A stretch of 64,000 nt of DNA from Chrysomallon squamiferum (taxonomy: Eukaryota > Animalia > Mollusca). The notes under the pieces were generated by a model, which worked only from the letters and a program-made list of their open reading frames with translations, did not search any database and was not told the origin of the DNA. Below, one piece after another: positions 27,675-64,000 of the stretch (its first letter is position 1; every line of letters begins with the position of its first letter). Position numbers and translations under genes: made by a program. The DNA lies in contig CM022677.1 of the NCBI GenBank assembly GCA_012295275.1, positions 8,556,001 through 8,620,000 of the forward strand, in the 5' to 3' direction.

Positions 27675-28288
27675 ACAAACACACACACACACACACACAA
27701 ACACATACACAAATATACGCGCACATACATAAACATAAACACATACATACATACATATACACCAGAAACACACACTTTCTAATGAACTTCACTTAATTCA
27801 ATTATAATTTTAAACCTTCCTTTCTTAACTATGGATCCACGCCTGGTTACTGGTAATTACGAATGACTTCAGATAAGAAGCAAACTGCAGCTTTCTTCAG
27901 GTGAAAAGCCGTGGATCATCGGATCGATGCTCTGTGGTACTCCCACTATCTGCTGCTGGCCGATCTGTTCTTCTGTTTGCTGGAGAAAAGACACTTTGTT
28001 GCAAATCGATACGCTTAGAAAACTCTTCTCATGTCGTATAATATGCTGAATCCAGAATAGGCGTGCTTGACAGAAATTAGCCAGTGAGAGTCTTTTTTTG
28101 TCTTGAAGCTACGTTAGAGTCAGTAAACTGATATATCAGTCTGTACGTACAGACATACATACAGAATAGATATATTATGTACGAAGACGTATCTGTCTAT
28201 TCTGTATGTATGTCTGTATGTCTTTCTATCCAACCATTCACCCATCATCCATTTATCGATATAACAAATATATTACTCTCACTCTCTG

Positions 28289-28326
<38 letters not shown>

Positions 28327-28922
28327 AACTAAATAAATAAATAAATAAATAATAATTTCTCTATGAGAAAGAGGAAGAGGGAGAGACTGCATTTTTTTCA
28401 TACTTTCATTATTATTATTATTATTATTCATTTATATATATATATTTTTTCGTTTGCTTAACTGCGTACATCAAACACTCTTGTATTGCATAATAATTCA
28501 TTTATCACCGTGCTGATAATTATCTGTGAAACAGAACATTATTTCAAAGTAATAAATAATGTAGCAGACGTCTTCCTAATTGTGAGGAATGAATAATTCA
28601 CCCTAGAGGGTTGGGTACTATTTTGTATAATTCTCAATGTTATTTCTGCAGGCAGCACTGATTTCACAACTCTGAGATGTATAAATTATGTTTCATATTT
28701 TTTATTATAATTAGATTTTATTTTATTATTTTTGTTATCAAAAAATCAAAATGATGTTGTAATAGGAGTTTTGGTGTTGTAGCAGTAGTATTACAGCAGA
28801 TGCAACAGTAGTTAGTTATATTATATCAATGTTTTGTTGTTGTAAGAAGAGAAGAAATAGGACAAATGGTTTGAAAGATACACACTAAATTTAATTATTT
28901 CTGTCTGTTAGTTACGAATCAG

Positions 28923-29040
<118 letters not shown>

Positions 29041-29199
29041 ATTTTCTTTCATTCATATAAATTTCAGGTCTCTTCACATAATACGTAAAGCATTCAAGAT
29101 GGATTTTGTTCAAGATAACCCAATAATTTCCTAAAATATCTCTGAACGCCTCGCCTGATCAAACAGTAATTATTTTGAAGCAACTGTTAGCCATCACTG

Positions 29200-29856
29200 T
29201 CAAACGAAAAAGACCATACTGAAACAGAATATCGATTTTTGTTACAACCAATCACATCGCCGTGTCGTTAAAAATCAATTCCTACGTCACTACTGCCATA
29301 GCTACAAGAATTGACAACGCGTATACTCAGACTCAATGCAGAATCATGTTTAAATCAAATATCGTTTTAATGTCCAAGGGAGATAACTAGCATATGGTTA
29401 TTGTTCGTTGAAGGTTTTGGTACTGAATAATTACACCGTTTTTATCTGCGACTGTTCGTCGACTTAGTTTAATATGCTAAGGGAGATAATTCAAGGCGCG
29501 TGGGTAAATTTATGTTTTAATGATAGCTATTCTATGCGGAAAGTGAATGACCAAAATAAATTATTTTACGTCAGAAAAGAGAAAGGATCCGCGGACTGGA
29601 AACAGACACAGCTTTCCCGCTTGCAAAGAAAGACCTAAAAACCGAAGCAGACGACAACCAAAGAGAAAGAGGCGAAAGGTAGAGACAGAAACGAAATTCT
29701 AGCCTCCGATACGAATCACTGAAACAATATTTCTGAACTAGAAAACAAACATTTGCTTTACTGAGGTGGCAAAAGAGAGAATATTTTGTAAAGATTAAAA
29801 GAACTTTTGAAAATCTTTGAAGAAATCGTGGTAAAAAAAAAAAAAAAAAAAAAAGC
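29200..29856 (+). promoter_or_regulatory. Probable promoter and 5' UTR of the granin-like gene
   Basis: CpG-rich unique sequence with CCAAT (~29248), CRE-like TACGTCA (29283) and TTACGTCA (29566), ATCGAT (29231), followed by a purine-rich leader to the ATG. Confidence 0.5.
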
Positions 29857-52212
<22,356 letters not shown>

Positions 52213-52443
52213 ACTGGCAGAAAATGCACGTCAGAAGGTGACGTCACGTGTTTGTCTCTCTCTCTTTCGCTCTGTATGTGTGTAACAACTTTAAAAGACA
52301 AGATGAAATTGCCCATTTTCGATATGGCGACTCAAAATAAAAATAAAATATAAAATAAAAATCTGAAGGCAATGTGACCGCATTCTGATGGAGCATACTG
52401 GAATTGACAATCGAACAGGCTCCTAATTTCAATTTCAGTGTTA

Positions 52444-52462
52444 CTGCGCCCTCTTGTGGTCA
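52444..52462 (-). promoter_or_regulatory. CTCF-like binding motif
   Basis: Reverse complement TGACCACAAGAGGGCGCAG closely matches the CTCF core CCASYAGRKGGCRS. Confidence 0.5.
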
Positions 52463-54922
52463 AATGCCTTCGACTTTCTGCTCATGTGATAGGACAATTC
52501 AAAGCGAGACAAATTCTCTATTTTAGCTAATGGTTCTTCGGCAAGGAAATAATGTATGGCGGACCGGGAGGGACATATTTATTAACAATATTATTATATA
52601 AGAAATTCAGTTCGCCAGCAAATTATTATCTACCTCTAACTTAGATCTAATTTTAGCACAAATTGATTAATTAATTTTAATTATTGACGACTAATTTAGA
52701 CAGTTAATTGTAAATTCATTAGTTATTGGCGATGTTCGAATCAAGATGGCGACGTTGTAATAAATTTTCGCGGACACATCTACGCGATCGGTTGTAGTAT
52801 TACATCAGCATCAACAGAATCCAACATGATACATTTAAACCAAACGTTTTCAAATGTGTGCACATTATACCACGGTCAGTTTTAATCTGCCTTTTAAGTT
52901 ATAGTGTTATTTCGGGTGTTTCTCATTTTATTTCTTTTCATCGAAAAAAGGTTAAAGTTTTCTCCATTCAGATCTTGATACTTATCTGACCTAATTACCT
53001 CCCCCTACGATTATTAAGATGTCCGCCATTGAAACTGTTATCTAACGGTAGAGAATTTGTGGTGTGTTTGGCTGTGTTAAAAATAATATTGTGTTATATT
53101 TTTTGTTGAAGAAGAATTAAATATACATATTTATATACGTTATATAATTATATATTCAGATATTTTTATCATTATTTGCTGTATGAATATTATAATTATG
53201 AAAGCAGTAAAATAATAAAATTAATAAACAAAAAAATAATAAAAATTATTCTGCTTTCATTTCGGCTTTGTTTTTGTTACCTTTTTGTTACATGCGTAAC
53301 TGTTCGTTTAAATTCATTTTTTTTTTTTTAATCTTTGGTTTATTTATGCTACATATTTTTATTTTAAAATATAGTGATGCTGATAAATAAGAAACATATA
53401 TGTAGTGTGTTTTGGTTATTTATAATGACTACGTCATTATGTTAAAGTCAAAGATGTTACCAACCAAGTTATGAACGATACAACCTGCTTTGAGTTTTAT
53501 ATGTATATAGTTTTATTTTATTTTATTTTATTTTATTTTATTATTATTTTGTCTAATTTTATTTTATTTATATATATTTTAAATAAATTCTATACATCTC
53601 TAAAATTATATTTTCCAGAATTACGTCAAATCCGCACAATTCTGTAAATACTGTATATAAAACAGCGTATAGTTTATTTTAGTCCTGACAGTTAACTCTT
53701 TATCAGCTGTTTATTGTAGCCCATGGTAATGTTATGTAATTAAATTTATTTTTGAAATGTTTCGTTATTACATAAAAATATGATACAATTATTAGTAACC
53801 GCAAAATATAAAACTATCTTTTATCTCTCTGTCTCTGTCTGTCTTTCTGTCCCTTTCTGCTTTACTCTCTGTTTTTCTTTCTTTCTACTATATGTAGTTC
53901 AATCATATGGATAATATACACATACACAGATCTATAAACACCATGTTTCAGTAATTACACAGCGTATGGTCGCTCCTATAATAAACTAGTTTAATACTGA
54001 CTTCATTTATTTTATTTCATTCTGTTTTTAAAAAAAATCATTGCTTAACAGTTAGTCTAACGTCTATCTATCTACCTATATTAAATGTATTAAGAACTAA
54101 ATAACAACTACAACAGCAGCAACGACAACATAATCTTTACCACCAGCAATCGCAATAATAATAAAAACACATCAGCACTTAGAGCAACAATAGCAAAACA
54201 ACGATACTATCACCAACAACCATGACAAAAACAATAATGATGATGATGATATTGAATAATAATAATAATAATAATAATAACAATAATAATACAGTATCAA
54301 CGTAATCATTATCACCATCACCATCTGCAGTAAAAATAATGATAACAATATTATTACTAAACATATAATATAAATTTTGTTTTACTTTCAAAAGGTGCTC
54401 CTTATTTTTTTCAAGTCTAATTACATTTGTTCTGCATACCTAACGAATAACAAATAAAAATAAAAATGTGTTTATGAGTATAATGTATACATTTTCAGTC
54501 ATTGTCAGTTTTCATTACTTACGTTTATTTTTTTTTTCTATTCTTAAAATTATTTTGTTTGTTGTTTATCACAATATGCTGGGTTTTTTGAGGATAAATA
54601 TTTTATTTGGGCATTTTAATTTAAAATCTTCTTCTTCTTCTTCCTCCACTCATTATTATTATTATTATTATTAAATTAATGAATCCTGATTCTGTACACT
54701 TTATGTTTGTTTTGCTTTTTGTTTTTTTATTGTCATAATTATCTTGTTAAATAGCGTGCTTTTGTGGAAATAAAGAAATATTTATTAAAAAGCAATTGTT
54801 TCTTCTCTTTTCATACATTTTGTATTTAGGTTGAAATGGGAAGAAAATTGCACAGTTAATTGCAGATATCTCTTTTTGGCAAAGTAATGCAAGGGAAACA
54901 ACCGCATAGTCATTCGCTGTGG

Positions 54923-55019
<97 letters not shown>

Positions 55020-56389
55020 AGTTAGTTATAACTAAACAATCAAATAATAATATAAACATATAAAATAAATAAAATAAACAAATAAAGTAGACAAATACAA
55101 AATAAAAATAAATAATGGTAATAAGAATAAGAATAAATAAAATAAATAAATATAATTGAAAGAAACGTGTAAGAAAAATAGTAAATTAATCTAAATATCT
55201 AAATTATTTATTTTGTGAACACTTTACTTTCTAATAAAAGTAATATTTTCTTAAACAAAGAAGAGTTGGAATTACCTCATTATGACTTTTTAATTAATTA
55301 ATTAATTAATTTATTTATTTATTTATTTTTATTGTTATTGATGTTATCGTTATCATCATTATTACCGTTATTATTACCATTAGCGTCTATTATTATTATT
55401 ATTAGTTTGTTGTTGTTGTTATTGATTAATTTTGATTATTGGGGTTATTTGTTTTGTGCGGGGTTTTTTTGTTTATTCTTTTCAACGTTCTTTTTTTCTT
55501 CTTTTCTTTTTTAAAATTTATTCCGACTGTCAGACGACAAAGATTTTTGTCTCCATTTTCATCTGCGTAAAAAAAAAAAAAAAAAATAAAAAATCAATAT
55601 GACGAATATGCCTGCAGTAATAATTATAACTCGAGCTCATTAAGAATTTCCAAGATGGTTTCGTTCATTAGCATAATTTATTATCATCTTTTAAACGAAA
55701 TACATGATTAGTCACACTCCCTAGCGGGCACACCACAACTTACAAAACATCAACCGAAACTTTACAAGCCTTAACTATAACTGTTTTTAACTGTGTCAAG
55801 GGAGAGAACTCGAACAGAAATATATTCGTAACAGGCACGTGCATCTCTCTATGGTTGTCCATTTTTCTAATTGGATCCTTTTCACTTTTATTTTAGAAAT
55901 AATCAAAAGACTGAACAATAATTCGAATTTTTTTTTTTCATTTTATCTCCCCCTCTCTCGACAGTTTTAGTGAACTGTCATGGAAATACAAAGCCAGGAA
56001 TTCATAAACGTGGATTGATTCAATTGAGCGCTAGTTTATGACATGCGTGGTGTGAAGTAATGTCAGGCGAAAACGAAATTTCTAGAATTCCTGCGATCTC
56101 AGTTCGACAGCAGGTTGTGAGTATATGTGATCTGTTGTACAGAAAATAGTATTACTGTTATTATTTATTTATTTATTTATTGTGCTCATTGTTGTTAGAG
56201 ATTTATTAAAACACACGTTACTGTATATTTAAATATGTAAATCATGTTTATAAGATTTTGCTTTCGTAGTATTCTTGATTATTTTTTGTTTTTGTTATTC
56301 ATTTATCACCCCTGTTTTGGTAAAATCTCTTTTAATTTAATTTTATTTATTACTGGATTTTTAAGGAGGAATTTATTCTTTTCTTTCTC

Positions 56390-56438
<49 letters not shown>

Positions 56439-57323
56439 CAGTAGTAGTAGTAGTAGTAGTAGTAGCAATTTTACTTATTTATTTAATTTATTAATTTAAT
56501 AATTAATTAATTAAATTATTTATTTATTTATTTATTATTAATTAATTAATTCTACACTATTTAATTAATTTTTGCTTTTCCATCTTATTATTACTACTAC
56601 TACTACTACTACTACTATTTTTAATTCTTCTTCTTCTTATTATTATTTTTAGAATATTTAATTTTATCTCCTATTACTGACGTTCTTATACAGTTTTTCG
56701 AGGAATATAAAATATATAAAAATATATTTTATAGCATTCGAACAGGAATTTTCAGCTTGATAATCTGGGACTGTAATTTCCTTTATATAATTATAATACT
56801 ATTATTACGATTGCTATACTGTTACTACTGTGGCTATAGTTATCACTACTTCTATTTCTACTATTATTACTACTACTATTACTACCACTACTACAACTAT
56901 AACTATTGCACTATTTGCGTAGTATTATGGTCAGCACTATACTGTATATTGCTACTATTTCTACTATTGTTGATACTAGTCTACTTTTACTACTGCTATT
57001 ACGACTACTAGTTTGTACTACTACTTTAATAAAAAAATTAATCTTTATAAAGATTCTTTAATATAACTACCAGTGTCTTAAACTGCATCTCGACGACCTA
57101 ATACCTTTCACATAATCCACTGTGTACAAAACACTAGTCTGGTTAACGAATACATTACGCTAACAGATAAGGTAGAATAACGCTTAAACAAATATGTATT
57201 TTTGCTCGATAAATATTCAGTTTTTTTAGAAACACATTTTGCTTTTTAGTCATGAAAATAAAAGCATTATAATGATTTTTAAAATTAGTTAATTATTGCA
57301 GTTCAAGAACAGAAATAATAATA

Positions 57324-57393
<70 letters not shown>

Positions 57394-57554
57394 TAATAAT
57401 AATAATAATGCTAAACGTTTTTGTTTACTTAGTTACTGGCTTGACTGGAGATTTCTCAGGTTTTTATTTATTTATTTATTCATTATTATTATTATTATTA
57501 TTATTTGCTATTATTGTTATTGTTGTTGTTTCAGATATATTAATCCACAGAAAC

Positions 57555-57585
<31 letters not shown>

Positions 57586-57753
57586 AGTGTGTGTGTGTGT
57601 GAGTGTGTGTGTGTGTGAGTGTGTGTGTGCGAGCGCGCACGCCCGCACCTCCGTATGTTATAATGGCGTATTATTTTATGGAAAACAGTCTTTGAAGATG
57701 TTTTTTTTCTCTTGAAAGAGTTTAAGATTGGAATGTAAGTGTGTATTTAATTA

Positions 57754-57846
<93 letters not shown>

Positions 57847-58434
57847 CATGAATTATTAATATCTATCGTAGCAATTTCTGCCTTTTCCTTCACTTCATCA
57901 TTTTTTTTCCAGCAAATAAAAAATAAAAGATAAATCAATTTTTAAATTTTTTTTTCACTTTTGGAATATTTCTCCCTCCATCTGATCACATTATGAGTTA
58001 AACGCAGCAGCCAGTCACAAACAAGGTTTTTTTGTGAATCATTTTCGGTAATGGCTTTCTATTAGGAATGATATCGCACGCTGCGAACAGACGACATGGA
58101 AGCCATATTTGAAATAAGGCAAAAACACGAGCCAATGAAAACAAAACACGTGTCCCCCTCTGGCGGGAATTAATGGTACTTCGTCTGACTCATTCCAAAC
58201 TGTTTTTGTGATTCATCAGTGAAATGTGAGAATGAAATTTAAAAAAAAAAAAAACATTAGTCTTCGTTGTTGTTTTTTTAAATAATAATAGTAGTAGTAG
58301 TAGTAATAATAGTAGTAATAATAATAATAATATTTATCATATTTTTACTTATTTTTTCAATTGCTGTGTTTCTGGTGTGTTTTTGTTCATTCTGTTATCT
58401 CTGAAAATACCATGTCTGTCTCTCTATCTCTCTC

Positions 58435-58466
<32 letters not shown>

Positions 58467-60841
58467 CCTATCTCTATCTATCTATATAGCTATCTAACTA
58501 GCTATCTCTCTATCTACCTATCTACCTAACTAAATATATATATATATATATAACCTAGTTTTCTAGAACACCATCTAGAACACATCAAGAAACATAAGCA
58601 AAATTTGAATGTAAAGTAAATCATTAAAAGAAATATATGCCAGTTTATTAGTTCATGATTCATAATTATAATAAGGTTACTAATTAAAAATTAGTTTCAA
58701 ATGCTCGATCATAATTTTATTCGGATAAAAAGTTTACCGTTAGTGTCCGAATATTTCTTTTCTTTTAATAATATGAAATACTTTAGTTATAATTTTATTT
58801 CCTGCTGCAAAATTGGATATTTGTTTTCCTTCTGTCTTTCGCGTTTTCTTTATTTGTTTATTTTCTAAGTACAAATCGCATGATCAATAATCCCTGATAG
58901 ACTGAGCAAACATAGTTCATATATGTTAAATGGACTACATCAGAATTATTCACAGAAAACTGAGTTTTAATATTTTTCTTGCTTTTTGCATTATTTACTT
59001 ATTTGTTTATTTATTTATTTTGTGGGAAACACGATTGTTAATTAATTATTTAATTAATAGGTTTATTTAATTAGTAGCAACATGAACAAATCTCGATTTG
59101 ATTACACACTTCATTTTTCGTTGGTGTCATAATTAGTAGTTTACAATTGCAAATTACGTAAAAGACTGAGTATCAATATAGATAGAATATTCTCATATCC
59201 CTCCATAATTCTCCTTGACTTAATCAGAATTTCGGGTTGTCTGACCAAAACCGCCCTTTCTTTAGTAATACCAGAAATATTATTAGAAACAGCTAGTAGT
59301 ATTACAAAATAGATGTTGCTAGCACTCAATGCTATGTTGTAATATACGTGACGACGTCACTTTTTTTTAAATGTTAACTAGACCTTCGTCAGTGGCTTAT
59401 TAACATGTAACTTATTTTCACTAAGAAATAAAAATGGTCGCAAATTATACGAAAAATGATATTTCTAACAGATTATATATATATAAAACATTAAACAATT
59501 TATCTCTCTTCAAATAAATCATTTCAAGAATGTTTTAATTAGTTTCGATCAGTCACATCACATTTATCTACTTCCTAGTTCGCGTGTCGTATATAAGCAG
59601 ATCCGCTAGACGGCAGAGCTGTATCTGAGGAAGCAGTGGATCTAGCCAGGGACAGATAATAAACCTGATTATGATACATAATAGGTTACGTACAGGTCGG
59701 GACGATTTACACAAAATCATTATTTCTTTGTTTGTATAGATTCGTTACCGATAGCAACCGACGTACAGCAGACGTAATGTCAGCCATTTTTTATTTATTA
59801 TCATTATGCGTCATTACATATGTGCACGAATCAAGTTTTGTTTTAAGATTGATAAAATAGCTATTGAATTTGTTAATGTAGACGAGTTCATCACTTAATG
59901 ATAACGTGTACTTTTAACTCTTATGTGTTTTTTATTATCGTTAGTCATAATAATATCAGTTTATTGCCCTCGCGCATGCGCACATACCAAAATAATTATT
60001 AAGGTGATGCACTTATTTAATTTGTTAATACCAACAATTTCGTCGGTGATTGCTTGCATTTTTATCTCTTTTGTTTCTATTGTCATTGTGTCCATTTACA
60101 AATACCGTTCTATTTACTAAATAAATAAGTGCTAAATATTTTCACAACATCATAACATGGCCATTTTCGTTCCCTGTTACCGTATCACGTTTTATCACCA
60201 AACACACAGACATAAACACTCAAGTAAACATTTACAGTTATGACGTAGTAAATTATTAAGTTCATAGACATTAATTTCTCTCTTGAACAAATCAACAGTG
60301 ACATTTTCAAAGTTGCTTAGATAGGTTTGTAGCCATTTTTTTCACGTGATATATTCTTGGAGCTGATTGGATGCGACCAAGCGAAAGAGCTCTCAGTTAC
60401 AAATCTCGTTGTTTAACGCGCTATTTCATCGATAAACATGAAATTTTTGTCCTTTCATTTCACTACTTTTTTCTTCCATATTTTTATTCATCATTTTTTT
60501 CCCTCTGAAATTTTCTTTCTTCTCGTTTTATTATCCCTTCATTTCTTTTTCGTCTTCTTCATTGTATTTTTCTTTAATTGTAATCTTTTCGTAAACAAGG
60601 TGTTATTATAAAATAAAAAATAAAAATTGAATTACGTTAAGTAAAAGTGAGTGTCAGAGAGACAGAGATAAGTAGAGGGATAGCGAGAGAGAGAGAGAGA
60701 GAGGGACCAATGGATTAACAAAAGAAAGAGAAAAATTAGATAAAAACATACAGTGCGAGAGAGGATGAAGTGAGTAGAGAGAGAACAAAAGACAGGGGTA
60801 GGGGAGAGGAAGAGGTTGATTGAGAAAGTCAGATTAAGCAG

Positions 60842-60932
<91 letters not shown>

Positions 60933-61682
60933 AACAGATTCATAGACAGACACACAAATAGTTGAGAGATTTAAATTCTCTGGAACATTCATTACAATAA
61001 CAACCCACTCCCATTAACATTACTGTGTTATAACTGCTCCTTTAGTTAAATAAAACGTATCGATATCATACATGATTTCGAAATTTCTTATACTTTATTT
61101 TTTAGTAAATTTTTTTGTCTAATATAAGATAATGGCATAATATTAACTCAAAAGTTTCAACGAACATGTCTCAAGGATCTCTTCTGGCTTCCGTTAATCA
61201 ATTAAACTGACATCCGCTAATTTTTTCTTCTGATTCTCCATCTTGGCTATCGATTCGAAAAAACATAGACATGGGAGAAATAGAAATAATCGTGTAAAAA
61301 TAAAAATTATGTGTTAATAATTAGAATCTACAGCAGATAAGGTGGGTTGAATATATTTATTTTTTCCATTGTTCTTTTTATTATTTTTATAGTTGTTAAC
61401 GTTGTTGTTGTTGGTGGTGGTGATGGTGTCGTCTTTTCTAAACTGTAATTAATGCTACCATACAGTAATCATTATTTAAGCTGTTCATCTTATCGTGTCT
61501 TTTCTTTCATTTTTGAGTATTTCCTATCTAACTTAGTCTACTTACTTACTTTGTTTCTTACTTATTTACTTACATATTTATTGTGGAGATAAACAATGGA
61601 GATAATTTTGCTATTTTTGTCATTAGTTATCGTATAATTTAGAGACCAGAGAGATACACAAACACACACACACACACACACA

Positions 61683-61758
<76 letters not shown>

Positions 61759-62628
61759 ATATATATATATATATATATATATACATACACACACACATTA
61801 AAATCTATACTGTCTGTCTTTCTATTTATTATTCTATTCTCCCGTTCTCTTGATCTTTAAACTTTAATTAATTTTAGTTTTTCTGATAATATTATTATTA
61901 TTATTATCAAGAGGTGTACATATCAAATGTTCATCTTTTTTCCAGCTCTTCCGCATCTTTAAGATTTTTCGATTATTTCTGTTAGACATGTGTATTCGAT
62001 TATTTCCGTGCATGTACATGTGTTTCGGAACTGTCAGTGTGTCTCTTTCTCTGATAGAGAGATCTTCCAACATTCTTACGACAAATTCACAAAACAAACA
62101 AATCACAAAGTCGAAACTTCCTGGCGGCTTTATTTAACAAATCTCACACAGAGTTATCTCCCTTTACATATTTCAAAACTACGGTCTTTCAAACGACATA
62201 CCTGATTAATCCTGACGTCTGCGAAAAAATTACGCGTTTGGAGACAGTTATCTTGCCCGTGTACATCGTTAAAAACGGAACTATTTACATACCGCGCGGT
62301 GTTTCGGGCGGAGACGAAACAGTATTAGACCGAGTTAAAAATTTAAAAACGTCGAACGTGTTAATATTAGGATTTGACTTCCACAATTTATACAAAAATA
62401 TTTAAATTGTTTCCGCTACTTCAGCAAATCTCTTGTCAGTTTATGTTATTTTTCGTTACAAAGATTTCTATTTTTGATGTCGTATATGACAACATGGGTG
62501 TAGCCATTTCCGTTGTGTTATTCTTTTAACGTGTCATAGGAAATAACTTCAGTTCTCAGTGCTTATTATTGTTGTTGTTTATTATTATTATTTAATTTTT
62601 TAGTGTTATTTTGATTATGATTATGATT

Positions 62629-62691
<63 letters not shown>

Positions 62692-62715
62692 ATTATTATT
62701 ATTATTATTATTGTT

Positions 62716-62747
<32 letters not shown>

Positions 62748-63852
62748 ACTAGTACTGCTACTTAATGGTGTCTACTAGTACTATTGTTGTTGCTGGTACT
62801 ACTACTAGTAGTTGTTATCCTTTAATAGCAGCAGTAGTTGTAGTTAGCATCGTTACATATGACCACTACAGTTGTTATCTCTCTGTAACACAGAATTAAT
62901 TAAAGTATAATATATATATATATTTGATAATGGCCTGACTCGTGTTTACGCAGTGAGGTGTAAGCAGTAACAATTGTTACGCCAATCAGCCCAAGGCTAA
63001 TACTGAATTCCAAAATAACTATTCTATTCCATTCTCCCTTTGTAGTCTGCGTCACTGAGCGTATTGACAAAGGGGATTAACTCTGAGAAGGGAGATAATC
63101 AACACAAAGGTGCTAATAGTAATCTAGGGAATTAAACATAGCGGCGTTGGTTGGTTTTGTGCCAGTTTTGTTATGGAATATTTAAGATTAGAAATGTGTT
63201 GAATTACGTAGGTGTAACCCAAACACGTAGTTTTTAAACAAACAAAATAAAATACAAACTGATCGTAGGTCTGTTTAGCGATAATTGTTGTTGTTGTTGT
63301 TGTAGTTATGTAAAAAAATGTTGTTTTGTTATTTTATTTAAAAGTTGAATTTAATAATACTAATACTAATAATTAATAATAACATAACAATAATAATAAT
63401 AATTTGTGTAAGGGTATGTTTCTCTGTGTGTATGTGTTGTGTGTGCTTGCATGCTTGTGTGTTTGTGTGTACGTGCATGTATATCTGTATGTAAGTTACG
63501 TGTTTTAGATATAGCTGTAATGCAATACAAATCCGGGTACATATATACTTTTCCTGCTATTATTTTTCATTTTATTTCACTTTGATTTATTTCTGTTTTT
63601 AATGTTCCGGGAACACATGACTTGCCTTTGTTCCTCCCTGACTGAATGTCAAACAAACAAATCTCTGTAAATCAATAATTACTTTATCATTAACCCAGTG
63701 GTAGACAAAGAGTATGTGACTCTGTGTATGATTGTAGATATATTGAATGTCTGTGTGTGTGTGTTTGTGTGTGTATTTGTAAGTGTGTGTATCTGTAAGT
63801 GTGCGTGAGTGCGTGCGTGTGTGTACGAGTGAGTGTGTGTATCTGTATCTGT

Positions 63853-63914
<62 letters not shown>

Positions 63915-64000
63915 CTGTGTGTGTATTGTGTCACAATGTTTCCTAAGCTGGAAATCATCCTGGAAGTTATTAGTTTGTACATATTAATGAAAAATGTCGT

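Noticed and set aside
27069-27981. Minus-strand exon-like segments (acceptor ttttctccag near 27981; donor cag|gtaaat near 27068)
   Set aside because: No consistent reading frame or recognisable product; could be a divergent lncRNA but unsupported

Overview
AT-rich, microsatellite-rich eukaryotic (metazoan) genomic DNA with spliceosomal GT-AG introns. A mollusc or other lophotrochozoan, possibly a cephalopod, is my inference only. Almost all ORFs in the supplied track are microsatellite artefacts; the real genes had to be assembled from exons by hand. Left to right: (1) the 5' part of PRPF3 on the minus strand (8 coding exons, 4138 to 57, continuing off the left edge); (2) a complete ZFAND5/6 A20+AN1 zinc-finger gene on the minus strand (4 coding exons, 218 aa); (3) tRNA-Gly(GCC), several Tigger/pogo-like MITEs, an RTE-X-like LINE remnant and minisatellites; (4) an 11-exon plus-strand gene (29857-52212, 438 aa) for an acidic secreted protein with a signal peptide and dibasic sites, whose core aligns by eye with vertebrate secretogranin III; (5) about 12 kb of non-coding DNA. 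The most interesting candidate is this invertebrate granin-like gene with its dense CRE, ATCGAT and CTCF-like motifs. Second is the repeated tandem duplication of 3' splice sites inside PRPF3. Homology statements rest on remembered sequences and need database confirmation.
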